DNA of 41,819 bases from the sequence record SRR31156797_617, one strand, 5' to 3'. A program made the translations under genes and the position numbers. Of this stretch, positions 36,741-41,819 are shown in pieces. Each line of letters begins with the position of its first letter. Position 1 is the stretch's first letter. Below the pieces are notes generated by a model. The model did not search any database. It was not told the origin of the DNA and was given only the letters and a program-made list of their open reading frames with translations.

Positions 36741-37508
36741 ATGAAGACAATATCTATATTTTTCTTTTTAATGTCTTCCATCACTCTATTTGGATTTAGT
36801 GACGGAAGTACGAAAATAACTAGAAGCCGCCAGTCAAATGGTCTTTTATATCAAAGTTTCATATCTCAAAAGCAGATGTTATATGGTGGCTATCCAAAGT
36901 GGCGTTTTGCTTTACAAGGTGGATTTAGCTATATGAATGGAAGTGATGCTCCGGATATGACTGAAGAATTGGAAAATTATATTGATGAACTTAGGTCTGG
37001 ATATAATATTGGTGCTGATGTTTCTTACAATTTCTCGAAAGGTTTAGGTTTTGGACTTAAATATCATCTATATAAATCTTCAAACGAGCTACAAAATATA
37101 GCCTTAGTTGATTCGGAGGGAAATATTTTTATAGGTGATATAAGTGATAATATTAGTGTGAATTTTATTGCTCCAGCGGTTTATTTTCGCTATATCGCAA
37201 ACAGAAATCATCTATTGTATTTAAATTTTGCAATGGGATTATTGTCATACAATAACGATTCAAAAGTTGGTGAACCATTAACCATATCGGGAAAAAATGG
37301 AGCCATTATGTATGAATTTGGTTATGATTATATTATCAATGAGCAAATAGCTGTGGGTTTGCAGTTTTCATATTTTGCAGGTGCTTTGCTTAAGTATGAG
37401 GTAAGCAATGGATCCCAAACTCAAACCTTCGATGCTAATGATGAAGACGTATCGGGATTAGATGTACACCATTTGAATGCATCCATTGGATTAAGATATT
37501 ATTTTTAA
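36741..37508 (+). CDS. Outer-membrane beta-barrel protein, paralogue of 35827..36696
   Basis: Shared blocks (ENYIDELRSGY vs ESYLEDIKNGY; IGDISDNIS vs IGDMKDNIS); C-terminal SIGLRYYF. Confidence 0.75.
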   Translation: MKTISIFFFLMSSITLFGFSDGSTKITRSRQSNGLLYQSFISQKQMLYGGYPKWRFALQGGFSYMNGSDAPDMTEELENYIDELRSGYNIGADVSYNFSKGLGFGLKYHLYKSSNELQNIALVDSEGNIFIGDISDNISVNFIAPAVYFRYIANRNHLLYLNFAMGLLSYNNDSKVGEPLTISGKNGAIMYEFGYDYIINEQIAVGLQFSYFAGALLKYEVSNGSQTQTFDANDEDVSGLDVHHLNASIGLRYYF

Positions 37509-37644
37509 ACTTGTTTTAGTAGGTGTTTTTAAGACTAAGACAACTTCTTATTGCAATGCACTGTATATTACACGACAAGTAGAAGTATTGTGTTTTCTTG
37601 GGAAAACTTTCAAATTGAAATATCTTTAGGCAAAAATAATTTCA

Positions 37645-38547
37645 ATGAAAACTTCATTTTTACTGATTGTAGTAATATTCCTCTTTTCTTGTAATAGTCC
37701 AAAACAAAAGGTTGATAGGTCATCTGATGTAATTGTTAAAGAAAACAAAAAAGCGATAGTTAAAATAGATGAACCTGTAATAAAGGACTCAGTAGTAGAG
37801 CTTGTATTTGAATCCGATAGTGTGAATTTCGATTTTTTTGTAGGAAAAATAAGCTATGATGTGCTTAAGGAACTAGAAAGAATTTTGTTGGACTATAGGG
37901 CTATAAAAAATGATACGCAGATGTATCATTTCTACAAATATAAGTTGGATAAAGCAGCCAACTTAATGGACTCTTCATTCTATGAGTATGTGTCTCGAAA
38001 TGAGCTTGATGGTGAGAGCGAAATTTATGATTGGGGTGGTATTATTCGCGAAACTTTTCCATTTCTTATTGGAGAATACGGAGGAGAATTTGATGGTGTA
38101 GGGATATTTCAAAACTACCATATAATTTATAATAAATGTTTAACTACTGAGGGTAAGAGTGATGAAGAGTTTTTCAAGATTTATATGGATTGCTATGGTC
38201 CGCATAACTCGACATATGATCATATAAACTTTTCATACGATGATGGTAAAGGCTTTTCTAGTATGGGCGAAAAGAGAGTTTTATCGGTGATTCGCAAAAT
38301 TGCTGCAATTGAATCCAGTATATTTTATTATGATTTGATAGAAATTGGGCAGAATATTATAAATATTGAGGATAGTTTTTTCGCTTTCTCAAAAGAAGAA
38401 GTGTTTGAAGAGTTAGATGCCTTATTAATTTTAAAGGATAGTGTTCGATTAAATTTTGATAAAATAGAAAAATTAAGAGCTTTTCTTGATACAACTACAA
38501 CAGAAGTTTACTATGATTGCCAGGTTGGTGATTGTCCTGAATGGTAA
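37645..38547 (+). CDS. Hypothetical lipoprotein
   Basis: Lipobox LFS-C; acidic 300-aa ORF ending in CQVGDCPEW. Confidence 0.72.
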   Translation: MKTSFLLIVVIFLFSCNSPKQKVDRSSDVIVKENKKAIVKIDEPVIKDSVVELVFESDSVNFDFFVGKISYDVLKELERILLDYRAIKNDTQMYHFYKYKLDKAANLMDSSFYEYVSRNELDGESEIYDWGGIIRETFPFLIGEYGGEFDGVGIFQNYHIIYNKCLTTEGKSDEEFFKIYMDCYGPHNSTYDHINFSYDDGKGFSSMGEKRVLSVIRKIAAIESSIFYYDLIEIGQNIINIEDSFFAFSKEEVFEELDALLILKDSVRLNFDKIEKLRAFLDTTTTEVYYDCQVGDCPEW

Positions 38548-38632
38548 AATGCAGCAATAATTATTTTAATCATGTAACATCAACTATTGAATAACGTCAA
38601 TAAGAAAGATAACCACTAATGAAGATCTAATC

Positions 38633-40000
38633 ATGAAAAAATTACTTGTATTATTATTAGTAGTGCTTGTGTATACATCCTATGGGCAAATGCCTAATAC
38701 CATTTCAAAATCAGAAAAAGTATACGGATTATCAAAGTTCTGGCAAGAGGTGAACTACAATTTCATCTATCTTGATAAAGTAGACCATGAAGCCTGGGAC
38801 AAAATGTATAAAGAACTGATCGAGGAGGTTCAAAAAACTGAAAACGACTATGAATACTATCGCTTGCTGCAGAAATTTTGTGCTACACTGAAAGATGGCC
38901 ACACGAATGTGTATTTTCCTGATAAGATTCGAGAAAAGATTCTAAATACCAATTTCGGGGACTACCGCCTTTTCTTAAAAAACATTGATGGAAAGGCATT
39001 AATTACGAATGTAAATAGCAGTAAAAAAGATGAAATACCTGTAGGATCTGAAATAGTGAAAGTGAACGGTCAAAAGACTCAAAAGTATATTGATGAATAT
39101 GTGAAGCCTTATATTTCATCGTCCACAGATTATGTGTTGGAGGATAATGCTGTGCGCAAAATGTTTGCAGCTCCAGAGGGGACTACTTTTGAGGTAGAAT
39201 TTAAATTACCTGATGGTAAGCAAAAAATAATGAATCTCACACACGCAAAGACTGAAGAGAAGGAAGTATACCCACCATTTGAAAAGCGCGAGCTACTTAC
39301 GTTTAAATGGCTACCTGATGATGTCGCCTATGTAGCTCTGAACTCTTTTGGTGATGCTAATATTGTAAAACTATTCGAAGAGAATTTACCGGAATTATAC
39401 AAAGCTAAAAAGCTCATAATTGATTTGAGAAATAATGGAGGAGGTAGTTCCAATCATGCTGTATCTTGCTTACAATACCTTACCAACGATACAGTTTTGT
39501 ATGGGTCAAAAATGTCGAGTCGTTTACATATTCCTGCATACAAAGCATGGGGTAGTTTTGTGAAAGTATCAGATACCGCCGGAAACAAAATGGCAGTGCA
39601 GGCATATTTATCTGGTAAGGACCAATATTACCATTATTTTGAGCAATCAGGTACAAAGATTAATCATGATAAAAAACGATTGGTTGTACCAACCGTTGTA
39701 TTGATTGGTCATGGAACAGCTTCAGCAGCAGAAGACTTCCTGATTTATGCCGATAAGCAATCGCATTTTACAAAAATGGGAGAACCTACATTTGGGAGTA
39801 CCGGCCAACCTATAATGTTTGATATGCCGGGTGGAGGTTCAGCGCGAGTTTGTACAAAAAAAGACACTTATCCTGATGGAAAAGAATTTGTAGGGTACGG
39901 TATACAACCTGATGTATTTGTAAAGAAAACAATCGATGATTATCGAAAAAATAACGACCCTGCATTGGATAAAGCAGTAGAATACTTAAAGAAAAAATAG
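38633..40000 (+). CDS. S41 family peptidase (secreted, PDZ-containing)
   Basis: Signal peptide (SYG|Q); LKDGHT, IDLRNNGGG, TASAAEDF, GEPTFGSTG and GYGIQPD motifs. Confidence 0.92.
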   Translation: MKKLLVLLLVVLVYTSYGQMPNTISKSEKVYGLSKFWQEVNYNFIYLDKVDHEAWDKMYKELIEEVQKTENDYEYYRLLQKFCATLKDGHTNVYFPDKIREKILNTNFGDYRLFLKNIDGKALITNVNSSKKDEIPVGSEIVKVNGQKTQKYIDEYVKPYISSSTDYVLEDNAVRKMFAAPEGTTFEVEFKLPDGKQKIMNLTHAKTEEKEVYPPFEKRELLTFKWLPDDVAYVALNSFGDANIVKLFEENLPELYKAKKLIIDLRNNGGGSSNHAVSCLQYLTNDTVLYGSKMSSRLHIPAYKAWGSFVKVSDTAGNKMAVQAYLSGKDQYYHYFEQSGTKINHDKKRLVVPTVVLIGHGTASAAEDFLIYADKQSHFTKMGEPTFGSTGQPIMFDMPGGGSARVCTKKDTYPDGKEFVGYGIQPDVFVKKTIDDYRKNNDPALDKAVEYLKKK

Positions 40001-40021
40001 GAGTGCAGCTTAAACAGTTTA

Positions 40022-40048
40022 GCCCAATTAGGAATACACTAATTGGGC
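40022..40048 (+). terminator. Hairpin after the S41 gene, probable terminator
   Basis: GCCCAATTAG-7 nt loop-CTAATTGGGC perfect 10-bp stem; weak U tract. Confidence 0.6.
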
Positions 40049-40118
40049 ATTTACTATATGTTTTTTCAGTTTTTATAATAATAAATTCATTTTCTGTAGG
40101 TTATGGCATATATTTTGC

Positions 40119-40126
40119 TACCTTTG
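40119..40126 (+). promoter_or_regulatory. Bacteroidota -7 element (TACCTTTG) heading a ~180-nt leader
   Basis: Exact consensus; the next ATG of a CDS is at 40314. Confidence 0.65.
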
Positions 40127-40313
40127 CATCGAATTAGAAAATAAAGAAAAGTATTTACCTTTCATTTCAAACTGATACATTTTTTTATCCTTTTTCAAAC
40201 ACGCACTATATTTAGAAAAAGAGAAATTTGTATTAAGTTCCCTCCAATCTAAAAGACTTGCACATTAATAATCAAGCTCAGGTAAAAGTTGAGCTGCAAT
40301 TTTTTTTAAGAAT

Positions 40314-40583
40314 ATGAATATTTATGTAGGCAACCTTGATTATAAGGTTGATGGAAACGATTTAAAAGACGTTTTCGAAGATTATGGATCAGTAACTGAT
40401 TCAAAAGTTATCACTGATAAATTTAGTGGTAAAAGTAAAGGATTTGGATTTGTAACCATGGAAGATGCTGCTGAAGCTGAAAAAGCTATCAATGAGCTGA
40501 ATGGTGCAACTTATGAGAACCGCGAAATGGTTGTAAACCAGGCTCGCGAGAAACGTGAATCTAATAACCGTTCAAGATATTAA
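40314..40583 (+). CDS. RRM-domain RNA-binding protein
   Basis: RNP2 IYVGNL and RNP1 KGFGFVTM motifs. Confidence 0.95.
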   Translation: MNIYVGNLDYKVDGNDLKDVFEDYGSVTDSKVITDKFSGKSKGFGFVTMEDAAEAEKAINELNGATYENREMVVNQAREKRESNNRSRY

Positions 40584-40586
40584 GCT

Positions 40587-40778
40587 ATGAGTGAAGGTAA
40601 AGTAAAATGGTACAATGAAACCAAGGGATTTGGTTTTATTGAAATTGAAGGTGGAAAAGATGTTTTTGTACACCGTTCAGGTCTTGAAGACTCATACAAA
40701 GGATTAACTGAAGGACAAGAAGTTACTTTTGACATCAAACAGGGTGACAAAGGAGAAGTTGCCTTTAACGTGAAATAA
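40587..40778 (+). CDS. Cold-shock domain protein (CspA family)
   Basis: [15 protein letters not shown] and DVFVHRS motifs. Confidence 0.95.
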   Translation: MSEGKVKWYNETKGFGFIEIEGGKDVFVHRSGLEDSYKGLTEGQEVTFDIKQGDKGEVAFNVK

Positions 40779-40814
40779 TTGATTTTGAGTCTAATCAAAA
40801 TCAAGGATATAACT

Positions 40815-40842
40815 ATACCCATTCCTTTGCGGGAATGGGTAT
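40815..40842 (+). terminator. Hairpin after csp (terminator/attenuator or 3' stabiliser)
   Basis: ATACCCATTCC-TTTGCG-GGAATGGGTAT perfect 11-bp stem; interrupted U tract. Confidence 0.65.
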
Positions 40843-40890
40843 TAGTGTTTTATAGCAAGCTTCAATACTAATAATAGTCTCTTAAATTAT

Positions 40891-41760
40891 ATGCGTCAAT
40901 TAAAAATCACACAACAAATTACTAATCGGGAAGAAAATTCTGTAAATATTTATTTTCAGGAAGTGAGTAAGTATGAAATGGTAAGCGTTGAAGAAGAAAT
41001 TGATTTGACTGTTAGAATTCGCAATGGTGATGATAATGCATTGCGAAAATTAGTAGAAGCAAACCTACGCTTCGTAATCTCAGTAGCTAAGCAGTATCAG
41101 AATCAAGGATTGTCTTTTTCTGATTTAATTAACGAAGGTAATCTTGGATTAGTGAAAGCTGCAAAGATGTTTGATGAAACACGTGGGTTTAAATTTATAT
41201 CATACGCCGTATGGTGGATTCGGCAGGCTATTATGCAGGCTCTATCGGAGCAAACCAGGGTTGTTCGTTTACCTTTGAATCGATTATCAGCAATGAAAAA
41301 GATTCATAAAGCCACCAATATACTGGAGCAGAAATATGAAAGAGAACCCAGTGCTAATGAGATTGCTGAGTTTCTTGAAATAAATGAAGATCAGATTACC
41401 GAAAATGACAAAATAAAAAGTCGTGAGGTATCCTTTGATAAACCATTATTTTCTGATATTGAAGGTGATACAAACCTTTACGATTTTGTCGAAACTGATC
41501 ACTTCCCATCACCTGACAGCGAATTAGTCTCCGAGTCTGTTAAAATCAATTTGGCACGAGCCATAAGCAAGCTTTCCAATCGAGAGGCAGAAATCATGAC
41601 ATTATTGTTTGGATTAAATAATAACCCAGTTCATAGCTTGAGTGAAGTAGCCAGTCTATTAGATATGACGAGCGAAAGAATCAGGCAAATCAAAAGCGCT
41701 GGATTATCCAAGCTCAGAAGAATCATGTCAGATATGAATAGTTTTCATAATAACATTTAA
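40891..41760 (+). CDS. RpoD/SigA-family sigma-70 factor, probably a divergent paralogue of the Bacteroidota primary sigma
   Basis: MRQLKIT start, ANLRFVISVAKQYQNQG, DLINEGNLGL, GFKFISYAVWWIRQ, region 4 ERIRQIK. Confidence 0.9.
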   Translation: MRQLKITQQITNREENSVNIYFQEVSKYEMVSVEEEIDLTVRIRNGDDNALRKLVEANLRFVISVAKQYQNQGLSFSDLINEGNLGLVKAAKMFDETRGFKFISYAVWWIRQAIMQALSEQTRVVRLPLNRLSAMKKIHKATNILEQKYEREPSANEIAEFLEINEDQITENDKIKSREVSFDKPLFSDIEGDTNLYDFVETDHFPSPDSELVSESVKINLARAISKLSNREAEIMTLLFGLNNNPVHSLSEVASLLDMTSERIRQIKSAGLSKLRRIMSDMNSFHNNI

Positions 41761-41777
41761 ATCACTATCCTAAGGAT

Positions 41778-41800
41778 CGCGCGGATTTAAAATCCGTGCG
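41778..41800. repeat. GC-rich palindrome, REP-like or terminator
   Basis: CGCGCGGATTT-A-AAATCCGTGCG, 17 nt after the sigma stop codon. Confidence 0.55.
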
Positions 41801-41819
41801 CGCTACTTGCATCAAATTT

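Noticed and set aside
40580-40822. 80-aa antisense ORF over csp
   Set aside because: Typical shadow ORF of a strongly codon-biased gene; no independent signals
1-41819. CRISPR arrays, tRNA/rRNA genes, transposases, prophage or defence genes
   Set aside because: No regularly spaced repeats, cloverleaf or rRNA-like segments, or relevant protein motifs were seen

Overview
AT-rich chromosomal window from a Bacteroidota bacterium, probably a free-living Bacteroidales-like organism. The taxonomic evidence is a T9SS C-terminal sorting domain, TAnnTTTG -7 promoter boxes, no Shine-Dalgarno sites, Gln-exposing signal peptides and a short RpoD-type sigma. About 46 CDS, nearly all on the + strand. Housekeeping and accessory content includes tRNA-modification genes (dus, trmO), two S41 proteases, an M14 carboxypeptidase, GH53, a PhrB-type photolyase, an orphan PhnD, a DUF89 phosphatase, two LytS/LytTR two-component systems, a FemABX-family ligase and many secreted hypothetical proteins. 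No rRNA, tRNA, CRISPR array, transposase or integrase was seen. Three items stand out. (1) A four-gene operon encoding a VTC polyphosphate-polymerase domain, a DUF4956-like membrane protein, a DUF2490-like OM barrel and a CotH-kinase lipoprotein, which reads like a trans-envelope polyphosphate/surface-phosphorylation system. (2) A 573-bp segment bounded by a perfect 17-bp inverted repeat and carrying one counter-oriented secreted-protein gene. (3) An RRM + cold-shock protein + divergent RpoD paralogue module behind a long leader. Family assignments come from motif recognition by eye; no searches were run.
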